Shown here piece by piece: positions 8,200 to 16,423 of a DNA stretch of 64,000 nt. The translations under genes and the position numbers were made by a program. Source of the DNA: Patescibacteria group bacterium (GTDB taxonomy: Bacteria > Patescibacteriota > Patescibacteriia > Patescibacteriales > JBAZCA01). The DNA is taken from contig JBAZUL010000001.1 in the NCBI GenBank assembly GCA_041661405.1, positions 28,403 to 92,402 on the forward strand. Direction: 5' to 3'. The notes beneath the pieces were generated by a model that was not told the DNA's origin, ran no database searches, and saw only the letters and a program-made list of their open reading frames with translations. Position 1 is the stretch's first letter. The number at the start of each line of letters is the position of its first letter.

Positions 8200-8312
8200 G
8201 TCATCCTGAACGGAGCGGAGCCCGCCCGAACGACGTTCAGTCGGGCGGGGATCTCGCATTCAAAACAACTAACCCGAGATTCTTCACTCCACTATGTTTC
8301 GTTCAGAATGAC
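8200..8312. repeat. Terminal-inverted-repeat hairpin element, type 2, copy 1
   Basis: GTCATCCTGAACG...CGTTCAGAATGAC termini. Internal hairpins CCCGCCCGA..TCGGGCGGG and ATCTCG..CGAGAT. Lies between a predicted promoter (8041) and the lipoprotein gene. Confidence 0.7.
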
Positions 8313-8420
8313 GGCTGTTTTATGTCTTTTGACTTGTGTGAGTTTTGTTTTATTTCTTTTTATGTTTACATCTTAAGGGCCGGCGGTGTTATCCACCCGC
8401 TTGGCTCAAGGAGAAGGTTC

Positions 8421-8759
8421 GTGAAAAGTTTCACAAGGTTTTTTTTGGCTATGATTCTCTGCGCGGGTTTGGCCTGCGCGGGGTGTGCAACTAGCCCAAC
8501 AGGCCACGTATTCGTGGCCGTAAACCTGACCGGGCAGGAAGCAACTGTATATCACCCGGAAATTAACCAACGCTTACCCCTCCCTCCGAAAAACGGGTAT
8601 CAGTTCCTGCATTTTAGGAACGTGCCCGAGCGCCTCATCTTTTTCAATAAAGAGGGGCGGATCGTCTGGCAGCCGGTGCCAGACAGAGAAAAAATGTATA
8701 ATAAAAAAGTCTTCCTCGGCAGGGAGGTAGACTTAAAATTCAATTTTACCGGCCAATAA
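8421..8759 (+). CDS. Putative lipoprotein
   Basis: The track ORF is 8322..8759. The likely start is an in-frame GTG at 8421, preceded by AAGGAGAAGG. The N-terminus VKSFTRFFLAMILCAGLACAGC has a lipobox-like LACAGC. No homolog recognised. Confidence 0.55.
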   Translation: MKSFTRFFLAMILCAGLACAGCATSPTGHVFVAVNLTGQEATVYHPEINQRLPLPPKNGYQFLHFRNVPERLIFFNKEGRIVWQPVPDREKMYNKKVFLGREVDLKFNFTGQ

Positions 8760-8816
8760 ACCAAAAGGGAACGCCTACCACGTTCCCTTGATTTCATTTA
8801 GATAATTTTTCAAGGT

Positions 8817-9230
8817 CTACTCTTGATACCCACCGCCGCCTGTTCCGCCCCACGGTAAAGCGTTAAAGACAAAATAAGTTATAGAATAAGAGGCAATTAT
8901 GATAATGAGGCCGATGACGGCGTGGCGGATCTGGTCCAGCGATTCTTTGGTTTTCTGCTCGTCGCCGCGGGCGTTCAAATATTTCCAGCCGGCTAAAATA
9001 ATAAGGATGATAAAAATAATTCCAAGCAAAGCCATAAATCCAAGAACAAGTGAAGCGATTACGGCGCCAATGCTGGCCGTGCTACCGGTCTCATAACCGC
9101 CTTCTTTGGCCACATCGCTGGCAAAAGTTTTGACATCGTTGGCGAATGAACTGTTAAGAAATTGCGCCGAGCAGAAAAGCGGAAACAGGGAAAGTATCAG
9201 ATACCAAATTTTAACCGCGATTTTTTTCAT
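8817..9230 (-). CDS. TrbC/VirB2-like (T4SS-pilin-type) small membrane protein, paralog 1 of 6
   Basis: Signal peptide, variable region, then two TM helices flanking the conserved loop AGWKYLNARGDEQKTKESLDQIRHAVIGLIIII. Gly-rich C-terminus. Confidence 0.75.
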   Translation of the reverse strand: MKKIAVKIWYLILSLFPLFCSAQFLNSSFANDVKTFASDVAKEGGYETGSTASIGAVIASLVLGFMALLGIIFIILIILAGWKYLNARGDEQKTKESLDQIRHAVIGLIIIIASYSITYFVFNALPWGGTGGGGYQE

Positions 9231-9231
9231 G

Positions 9232-9660
9232 TTATTTTATTATATACGTCGCCACGAAAGCCCAAAGGGCGAACGCGCTGATAATAATAATCAGCCCGAT
9301 TATCGCCTGGCGGATGGTGGCCAGGGACTTTTTTACTTTTTCCTCTTCGCCGTGGGCGGACATGTATGTATAACCGGCGTAAATTATGAAAATCAAAAAC
9401 ATAACTCCGAGGACTGACAAAAACCCGCCGATAGCCGAGCCAAAAATTTTTCTTAAAGTGGTGGCGTCCGTATTTTCGGCATAACCGGCGCCCTCCGCCA
9501 CCAGCTTCATTTTTTCCGTTAAAGCATTTTTTGTCCCAGTATTTCCGGTTTGCGCCAAGGTTAAATTTGGCAAAACAGCCAGACTAAAAAATACCAAACT
9601 CATAAAGAATATCCGCATCGCGTAAATTTTTCCTTTATCAAAAATTAAATTCATAATCAC
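9232..9660 (-). CDS. TrbC/VirB2-like small membrane protein, paralog 2 of 6
   Basis: Same architecture, with loop AGYTYMSAHGEEEKVKKSLATIRQAIIGLIIII. The start could instead be the Met at 9618 (MRIFFMSLVFF signal peptide). Confidence 0.75.
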   Translation of the reverse strand: MIMNLIFDKGKIYAMRIFFMSLVFFSLAVLPNLTLAQTGNTGTKNALTEKMKLVAEGAGYAENTDATTLRKIFGSAIGGFLSVLGVMFLIFIIYAGYTYMSAHGEEEKVKKSLATIRQAIIGLIIIISAFALWAFVATYIIK

Positions 9661-10058
9661 TTTAATAAAAACGATAAAGCGCCGGTCGCAAAAATGGAAA
9701 GCGCGTAAGCCGCCACTACGATTAACAGTCCGATGGTCGCATTCCTTAATATGCTCTGAGCCTTTTTAACTCTTTCTTCATTGCCCATGGACTGCATCCA
9801 CTCAAACCCGCCGTAGATAATAAGGCATAAAAATATAATACCCAGCGCGTAAAGCATAAGCTGGACTATCTGGCCGATGTATTTATATATCGCGTCCGGT
9901 TCAGAATCCTCTTTGTAACCGGCGCCTTGATTAAAAGTTTTTAAATTCTTGTCAAAAGCGTCATTTAGGGCTTGCGCCTGAAGCGGCCGGATATTGACGG
10001 CGGCGAGTGCCGTTGATCCTATAACCAATATAAAAAAAAGATGTAGGAGATATTTCAT
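9657..10058 (-). CDS. TrbC/VirB2-like small membrane protein, paralog 3 of 6
   Basis: Signal peptide MKYLLHLFFILVIGSTALA and loop GGFEWMQSMGNEERVKKAQSILRNATIGLLIVV. Its stop overlaps the paralog 2 start. Confidence 0.75.
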   Translation of the reverse strand: MKYLLHLFFILVIGSTALAAVNIRPLQAQALNDAFDKNLKTFNQGAGYKEDSEPDAIYKYIGQIVQLMLYALGIIFLCLIIYGGFEWMQSMGNEERVKKAQSILRNATIGLLIVVAAYALSIFATGALSFLLK

Positions 10059-10062
10059 AGGC

Positions 10063-10551
10063 TTATTTCGCGGCCAGGATGCTTCCGATATAAGCAGTGA
10101 TCGCGTAGGCGCCGAGAATAATAATCAGGCCGATCATGGCGTCGTTAAACATCTGCTGAGCTTTTTTAACTTCTTCGGCATTGCCCCGGGCCATCATCCA
10201 CATGAATCCGGCGTAAATCATGAGCCCGAGAAATATTATACCCAGGAAAGATAAGCCAATCCCGACGAAATATCCCGCCCGCTGGTATAAGTCAACTGTT
10301 CCCGGCTCAGCGCCGTAACCTTCTTTAAAAGTTTCTAACAACCCGGCCGTTGTCTTTCCAGTGAGTCCGGTGGTAGGTGGAGCAGTAGTCTCGGCCAAAA
10401 CCGCCGAAACCTGAAAAATGAAAAAAAATAAAAAAACCGCGAGAGGGATTAATGCCTGGCGAAAATTAAAGAATGATTTCATAAACAATATTCGCTCTGA
10501 ATATTTATAGTCCGTTACTGCCTTAAACACCACTGATAAAGTCATGTCCAA
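10063..10551 (-). CDS. TrbC/VirB2-like small membrane protein, paralog 4 of 6
   Basis: Loop AGFMWMMARGNAEEVKKAQQMFNDAMIGLIIIL. The likely true start is the Met at 10482 (MKSFFNFRQALIPLAVFLFFF signal peptide). Confidence 0.75.
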   Translation of the reverse strand: MDMTLSVVFKAVTDYKYSERILFMKSFFNFRQALIPLAVFLFFFIFQVSAVLAETTAPPTTGLTGKTTAGLLETFKEGYGAEPGTVDLYQRAGYFVGIGLSFLGIIFLGLMIYAGFMWMMARGNAEEVKKAQQMFNDAMIGLIIILGAYAITAYIGSILAAK

Positions 10552-10611
10552 AGCAATGGGCCCGTCCGCCTCTGGTTGGAAATCATTATAGACAGGCCCG
10601 AAAATTTTATA

Positions 10612-11007
10612 TTATACTGCGGGTGTTCCGCCGGTTGCCTCAAAAACCGTTTTTATCAGGAACTGGGTGATGCCGAAAGCGGCGAGTATTATTACCAAAC
10701 CGACAGCGCCGGCCTGAATAAGTTTTCTCGCTTCCGTGATTTTATCGTCATTTCCCTGCGCGGTCATCCATTTAAAACCGCCGATGAGGATGATAATCAC
10801 GGCAATCAGGCCGAGGAACCCTAAGATAACCCTGATTACGTTTACGATGATGCTTTTCGGGTCTTCATTGCCCAAGCCGATATTACTGGCGTCGTTTAAT
10901 CCGAGGTCATTAGTCGTAAGCGCCTGAGCGTTAACGGTTACGGCAATGGACAAAAGCGGAACAATAACCAGCATAGCCATCATCAGTTGAATAAGTTTTT
11001 TCTTCAT
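10612..11007 (-). CDS. TrbC/VirB2-like small membrane protein, paralog 5 of 6
   Basis: Signal peptide and loop GGFKWMTAQGNDDKITEARKLIQAGAVGLVIIL. Most similar to paralog 6. Confidence 0.75.
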   Translation of the reverse strand: MKKKLIQLMMAMLVIVPLLSIAVTVNAQALTTNDLGLNDASNIGLGNEDPKSIIVNVIRVILGFLGLIAVIIILIGGFKWMTAQGNDDKITEARKLIQAGAVGLVIILAAFGITQFLIKTVFEATGGTPAV

Positions 11008-11071
11008 AATTCACCCCCTCTCCTTTCTAAAGAGAAAAATTACAGTCTCTTTTATTAATAGTAAAAACAAA

Positions 11072-11461
11072 CTAATCGTTGACAACGTTGTTTTGGATAG
11101 TGGTAATGAGGAAATTGGTGATGGCAAAAGCCGCTAAAACAATTAAAAGTCCGATCGCTCCGTTGACTATATACTTCCTGCCCTGAGTCACCTTATCATC
11201 ATTCCCGCCGGCCGTCATCCAGATAAATCCGCCGATCAGGATGATAATCACGGCGACGATAGCCAGGAAGCTTAAAGCTACCTGGATAATGTTAACCACG
11301 ACATTTTTCGGATTGGCGTTCTGTAAGCCGATATTGTTGGCAAAGTTAAGGCCAAAACTGCCAAGATTATCCTGCGCTAAAACTGCCGTAGACGGCAGAA
11401 GAACAGCCGCTAAAAGAAGCGCCGCCGCCGTTAATTTAATTTTCTTTGTCCAGTTGTCCAT
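11072..11461 (-). CDS. TrbC/VirB2-like small membrane protein, paralog 6 of 6
   Basis: Signal peptide and loop GGFIWMTAGGNDDKVTQGRKYIVNGAIGLLIVL. First gene of the minus-strand array. Confidence 0.75.
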   Translation of the reverse strand: MDNWTKKIKLTAAALLLAAVLLPSTAVLAQDNLGSFGLNFANNIGLQNANPKNVVVNIIQVALSFLAIVAVIIILIGGFIWMTAGGNDDKVTQGRKYIVNGAIGLLIVLAAFAITNFLITTIQNNVVND

Positions 11462-11570
11462 AATTTTTCTTCTTTTAAATTTAAAAGAATATAGTAAATA
11501 GTTAAATAAATTATCTATCTTTTATAATTTTAGCATTTCCGGAATCTTGTTGCAATGGCGGCAGAGTATC

Positions 11571-11651
11571 ATGTATTATGTATACAGCATTATGTATATC
11601 TTCTATCGCAACGGCAAACACGCGTAATGCATAATACTTTATACAAAATAC
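11571..11651. repeat. Heptad-built hairpin in the leader of the 11679 gene
   Basis: atgtatt atgtata cagcatt atgtata ... acgcgta atgcata atacttt atacaaa atacaaa. The arms are imperfectly complementary. Confidence 0.65.
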
Positions 11652-11678
11652 AAAAAACCCAAATTCAAAAATACATCC

Positions 11679-13373
11679 ATGACTAGCTTTTCCAAACCGT
11701 TCAAAAAAATCTTTAGCGTCTTTTCCTTTAAACGCCTGTTCTGGGCGCTTTTTTACGTTTTTCTCTTTTGCCTCTTATTAAATAATTCTTTCAGCTATCT
11801 TGACCCTGATCTCGGCTGGCACTTAAAAGCCGGGGAAGACATTCTAAGGGAAAAATCCGTGCCTCATCTCAACTATTATAATTATACCCTAGAAGGCAAA
11901 ACTTGGGTAGACCATGAATGGCTCTTAAACCTGGTCGCATTTTTGATTTATTCACTATCCGGCAATATGGGCTTAAATATTCTTTTCGCCCTGCTGGCGC
12001 TCGCCGCGCTGGCCGCTTTGCATGTTTTCGCGAAAAAAAGCCTTATCGGCCCGGAGGACAGTCCGGGCAATGTTTTTTTAACGGTCTTTTTCCTGATCTT
12101 CGGGGTTATCGCCGCTTCGCCGCACCTCGGAGTCCGGATGCAGGAAATCGCCCTTTTATGTGTTTCTCTCTTATATGCCATTCTGTACCGGTACGATAAA
12201 AAAAGGGATTTAAAAATTTTATTCGCGCTTCCCCTGCTTTTTTATTTCTGGGCGTCGGCGCACGCGAGTTTCCTGATCGGGCTTTTTCTCCTTTTCTTCC
12301 GGATCGTTATCATGTTCCTGAAAAATATCCTGATAAAATACTTTCCCGGCTCAAGGGTGAGCGCTTTTTTCGGACTGGAAGCGTTATCGGACAAAAAGCG
12401 AATATCGCCCTTAATCGCCTTAAGTGGCTTAAGCGTCGGCGCCACGCTCCTAACGCCTTACGGCCTTGAACTTTACGGTTTTTTAAGCGATTATGGCAAT
12501 ACTTTTTACATGACCCATATAGCGGAGTGGCTGCCAGCCTGGTATCTGCCGATCGCTTACTGGCAGATGGCTTTTATGGCTTTTGCCTTGGCCGGCTTCT
12601 TGCTTTATTTCCTAAATAAAAATAAAAAGGAAAAACCGGGTTTGTGGGAGGTTTCTATCTTTTTCCTTTTCATGGCCTTGGCTTTTAAATCCAAAAGGCA
12701 TTTTCCACTGTTTTTTTTCAGTTCATTGCCTTTAATATTAAAAAGCTACGCCAGCGTACTTCGGCCGGATTTTGGCCAGGAAACGCGTTTCGGCGGCGAA
12801 TTCAGGGAAATTAAAACCAGCGCGCGTTCCAGTTTTTTTAGCAACGCGCCGAAATTCCCCCGGGCAATGCTTTTAATTACCATAGCTTTTGTTTCTTTGA
12901 GCCTGCTCTTAAAAACCAACTTTGCCGGCGATTCCTTTCAATATTTCTGCCGCGATTACCCTTGCGGGGCAACCGCCTTCCTGAAAGCCAATCCCCAATA
13001 CGAAAACCTAAACCTCTTTAACGAATACGCCTGGGGCGGCTACCTTATCTGGACTTATCCGGAAAAAAAGCTTTTTATTGACGGCCGCCTGCCGCAGTTG
13101 CCTTTTAAAAACCACACATTCTTAGAGGAGTATTTTGAACTGCTGGATAAAGATAAGCTCGCCGCGAAACTTAACGAATATGATATCCGGCTGGTTCTAA
13201 TCCGGGCTGAAGAAAGGAAGATAAAATTCAATTTTATTGAAAAGAAGTTTTTCGGGCTGGATGAAGAAAAGGAAAACAAGGACAAGAATGAACTGGCAGA
13301 ATTTTTAAAAAGTTCGGGAGACTGGGAAAATGTTTACCAAGACCAAACGGCGGCGGTTTACTTAAAAAAATAA
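11679..13373 (+). CDS. Polytopic membrane protein, putative GT-C-type glycosyltransferase
   Basis: 564 aa. Many predicted TM helices followed by a soluble C-terminal domain, with an acidic first-loop motif YLDPDLGWHLKAGED. The call rests on architecture and on the adjacent polyprenyl-phosphate sugar synthases. Confidence 0.5.
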   Translation: MTSFSKPFKKIFSVFSFKRLFWALFYVFLFCLLLNNSFSYLDPDLGWHLKAGEDILREKSVPHLNYYNYTLEGKTWVDHEWLLNLVAFLIYSLSGNMGLNILFALLALAALAALHVFAKKSLIGPEDSPGNVFLTVFFLIFGVIAASPHLGVRMQEIALLCVSLLYAILYRYDKKRDLKILFALPLLFYFWASAHASFLIGLFLLFFRIVIMFLKNILIKYFPGSRVSAFFGLEALSDKKRISPLIALSGLSVGATLLTPYGLELYGFLSDYGNTFYMTHIAEWLPAWYLPIAYWQMAFMAFALAGFLLYFLNKNKKEKPGLWEVSIFFLFMALAFKSKRHFPLFFFSSLPLILKSYASVLRPDFGQETRFGGEFREIKTSARSSFFSNAPKFPRAMLLITIAFVSLSLLLKTNFAGDSFQYFCRDYPCGATAFLKANPQYENLNLFNEYAWGGYLIWTYPEKKLFIDGRLPQLPFKNHTFLEEYFELLDKDKLAAKLNEYDIRLVLIRAEERKIKFNFIEKKFFGLDEEKENKDKNELAEFLKSSGDWENVYQDQTAAVYLKK

Positions 13374-13374
13374 A

Positions 13375-14097
13375 ATGAAAAACCTGTTTTTAATTCCCAC
13401 CTATAACGAGAAAAAAAATATCGGCCGATTGATTAAAGTAATCTTTTCCCTGCCCGGAGAAAACGAAATCCTTGTGATTGATGATAGCTCGCCGGATGGG
13501 ACCGGCGGGCTGGTTTCAGAGATGGCAAAATCCGATTGCCGGATTTCACTTCTTTCCCGGAGAAAAAAGGAAGGGCTTGGGAAAGCTTATCTTGACGGCT
13601 TCGGCAAAGCGCTCTGCCGGCCGGAAATCGGAAAAATTATCATGATGGACGCCGACTTTTCCCATGATCCGGCCTGCGTCCCGGCAATGATTGAGGATAG
13701 TCGCGGAGGCGGAGCGGTTATCGGCTCTCGCTATATTCCGGGCGGCGGAATATCGAACTGGAAAGGATGGCGAAAGCATTTAAGCCAATGGGCGAATATT
13801 TATTGCGGCCTTATCTGCCGCCTGCCGATCCGGGATTATACGGCCGGCTTTTATGTCATCAACACCGAAATTTTGAAAAAGCTGGATTTTTCCAAAATTT
13901 CCTCCTCTGGATACGCTTTTCAGATTGAACTGAAATACCGCCTCTGGCGCGCCGGAGCCGAACTGAAAGAATTTCCCATAATTTTCAAGGAGCGGGCAAA
14001 CGGCGAATCAAAAATGTCCGGCCATATAATTCGCGAAGGCTTGATGGCGCCATGGAAAATTTGGCTCGGGGAAAAAAATAGACGCGGAAAATTTTAA
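13375..14097 (+). CDS. Polyprenol/dolichol-phosphate mannosyltransferase-like GT2 enzyme
   Basis: 240 aa. LIPTYNEKKNIGRLI ... VIDDSSPDGT ... MDADFSHDP ... YAFQIE matches Dpm1/Ppm1-type GT2 motifs. Confidence 0.85.
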   Translation: MKNLFLIPTYNEKKNIGRLIKVIFSLPGENEILVIDDSSPDGTGGLVSEMAKSDCRISLLSRRKKEGLGKAYLDGFGKALCRPEIGKIIMMDADFSHDPACVPAMIEDSRGGGAVIGSRYIPGGGISNWKGWRKHLSQWANIYCGLICRLPIRDYTAGFYVINTEILKKLDFSKISSSGYAFQIELKYRLWRAGAELKEFPIIFKERANGESKMSGHIIREGLMAPWKIWLGEKNRRGKF

Positions 14098-14149
14098 ATT
14101 TTACCGGAAGCCGGTTATCACGCGTCAAAAAAAATTTAAAACTTAATCT

Positions 14150-14905
14150 ATGAAAAACCGGGAAGAAAACAAAAAAATTTCAGTTGAATTCTGCATTCCT
14201 GTTTTTAATGAAGAAAAAATATTGGAAAAGAATGTCAAAAGGCTTTTTGATTATTGCGTCCGAAAAAATTTTTCCTTTGACTGGAAAATCATAATCTTAA
14301 ACAACGGCTCTACCGACGGATCTTACGCGATAGGGGAAAAAATGAAGCGCGCCGAAATTAATATCTTAAACATCAGCGAAAAAGGCAGGGGGCGGGCAAT
14401 AAAAAACTATTGGGAAAAAAGCCGGGCCGACATTGTCGCTTACATGGACATTGATCTCGCGGTTTCCCTGGATAACATCACGGACCTGATTAAGCCTTTA
14501 ATCGTAGAGGGGTTTGATCTTACTATAGGCTCCCGCCTCCTTCCCGAATCAAAAATTGAACGGGCCTTTATTCGCGAGCTAAGCTCCCAAACCTACAACC
14601 TGCTTTCCCGCCTTATCTGCGGTCATAAATTCTCGGATCTGCAATGCGGATTTAAGGCAATGAAAACCGACGTTTTCCGGCGACTTTCACCCCTTATCCG
14701 CGATTCCAAATGGTTTTTTGACACCGAACTGGTTGTTTTTGCCAGCCATTACGGCTGTAAAATAAAAGAGGTTCCGGTTGAATGGTCGGAAAACCGTTAT
14801 GATAAGAGAAAAAGCAAAGTGAATCTTTTTAGGGACACGGCAGTATTCTTAATCAACCTCATAAAATTAAGAATAAAGCTAACCGGGCTGGATAAAAACA
14901 AATGA
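14150..14905 (+). CDS. GT2 family glycosyltransferase (polyprenyl-phosphate hexosyltransferase-like)
   Basis: 251 aa. IPVFNEEKIL, NNGSTDGS and MDIDLA (DxD) motifs, with a C-terminal amphipathic/TM tail. Confidence 0.8.
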   Translation: MKNREENKKISVEFCIPVFNEEKILEKNVKRLFDYCVRKNFSFDWKIIILNNGSTDGSYAIGEKMKRAEINILNISEKGRGRAIKNYWEKSRADIVAYMDIDLAVSLDNITDLIKPLIVEGFDLTIGSRLLPESKIERAFIRELSSQTYNLLSRLICGHKFSDLQCGFKAMKTDVFRRLSPLIRDSKWFFDTELVVFASHYGCKIKEVPVEWSENRYDKRKSKVNLFRDTAVFLINLIKLRIKLTGLDKNK

Positions 14906-16305
14906 AATTCTTAAAACCGTTTTCTTCATGCCGGATAAAAATTGAATCGCTGTGGTGGCTGGTTCTGTTCGCCATTCTTCTTTTATTCCACTTAAACCAT
15001 CCCATAGACAGCGATGAGGGCGTAATTCTGGAGGGAGCCTGGAAGCTCTGGAATAAAAAAAGGCTCTACACTGACTTTTTTGAATTCGTTCCTCCGGGCG
15101 GTTTTTACTTTGTCTATTGGATCTGGAAAATTTTCGGGGTCGGATATTTCGCCCCGAAAATAGCTTCCATAATAATAATCTTCTTAAGCGGCGCAGGAAT
15201 ATTTAAAATTTCCGGACTGCTGAAGAAAACCGCCTTTAATTATCTGCCTCCCCTGATTTTCGTTTTCCTCTCCATGTATTGGCCGCTTATAAACCATAAT
15301 ACCTACAATATCTTTTTTATAATCTGGTCGGTTTATTTTTTCATCCGAGCCTTAATTTCGGGGTCAAAAAACCATTACGCGCTGGCCGGACTGGCGGCCG
15401 GAATTTCCGTTTTATTTCTCCAGCAGAAAGGGGCGATTTTAATCATTTCTTCTTTCGCCCTGCTGGTTTTATTCTCCCTGCTTTACAGGAAGCTTGATTA
15501 TCTGAAAATGTCTTTATATTACGGCTTGTCGTTCTTGCCGCCCCTGCTTATTTTATTAAAATGGCCTTTGGATTTGATTTATAAAAATCTGGCGATTTTT
15601 CCTTTAGCAAACGGCGCGGAAATAAATAAACTGCCTTTGAACTTTTTTTTTCTGGCTTTATTCATGATTGCGGCAATCTTCACGGCCTATATATCGCTGG
15701 AAAAATTTTCCCTGCCGATAAAATACCTGGCCGGAATCCAGGCGGCTCTCTTCGCCACGACGCTGGTGCGTCCGGATCTAAACCATATAAACCTTGTAAT
15801 TTTTCCGGCTCTCTGTCTTATTCCATCGGTTTTTAGCAATCCGATTTTATTTAATAGTACTAAATCCATTATTGGAGCCGCATCCTTATCCGCGGCGAGC
15901 ATTCTTCTTTGTGTCTCCGTTTTTCCTTTGGCTAATTTTCTGATTTTTACGCCTTCTTTTTTATTTTCCAATGAATCGGCCGTGATTAATTATATTAGAA
16001 AAAATTGCCAGGATCCCGGCAATTATCTTTATGCCGGGCCATTCCTGCCCGGCTTATATTTTGAAACTGGAATGATGAATCCCACTCCTTATTCTTTTTT
16101 AATAACCAATCATCAGACCGAAAGCCAGTTTGCCGAAGCGAGAAATATATTGGCCAAAGTCCGGCCCCGATGCGCTATCCTTAATTATTCCATGGTAGAA
16201 GGATTCCGCTACAACCAAAATAATCCAGTGGATAGTTTTATCAGGAACAATTATCATCAAGTTTTCCGGGAACGCAATGCCTTGGTTTACAAAATTAATG
16301 AATAA
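14902..16305 (+). CDS. Polytopic membrane protein, putative GT-C-type (ArnT/PMT-like) glycosyltransferase
   Basis: 467 aa, roughly a dozen hydrophobic segments. First-loop acidic motif HPIDSDEGVILEGAWKL. Start overlaps the stop of the GT2 gene. Confidence 0.5.
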   Translation: MKFLKPFSSCRIKIESLWWLVLFAILLLFHLNHPIDSDEGVILEGAWKLWNKKRLYTDFFEFVPPGGFYFVYWIWKIFGVGYFAPKIASIIIIFLSGAGIFKISGLLKKTAFNYLPPLIFVFLSMYWPLINHNTYNIFFIIWSVYFFIRALISGSKNHYALAGLAAGISVLFLQQKGAILIISSFALLVLFSLLYRKLDYLKMSLYYGLSFLPPLLILLKWPLDLIYKNLAIFPLANGAEINKLPLNFFFLALFMIAAIFTAYISLEKFSLPIKYLAGIQAALFATTLVRPDLNHINLVIFPALCLIPSVFSNPILFNSTKSIIGAASLSAASILLCVSVFPLANFLIFTPSFLFSNESAVINYIRKNCQDPGNYLYAGPFLPGLYFETGMMNPTPYSFLITNHQTESQFAEARNILAKVRPRCAILNYSMVEGFRYNQNNPVDSFIRNNYHQVFRERNALVYKINE

Positions 16306-16330
16306 TCATGAAGAATTTTATCCGCTATTC

Positions 16331-16359
16331 TTGAAATTCGCCCTTACTAATGATATATT
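16331..16359 (+). promoter_or_regulatory. Predicted promoter of trpS
   Basis: TTGAAA - 17 nt - TATATT. Confidence 0.55.
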
Positions 16360-16423
16360 GCAATCAGCCCGGCAACGAATTCTAACTGATAATATTCTCC
16401 GGCTTATCTAAAACATCAATCTT

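Noticed and set aside
8322-8420. N-terminal 33 codons of the 8322..8759 track ORF
   Set aside because: This stretch overlaps the end of the type 2 repeat and has an odd Cys/Phe-rich sequence. An in-frame GTG at 8421 with a good RBS precedes a lipoprotein signal peptide.
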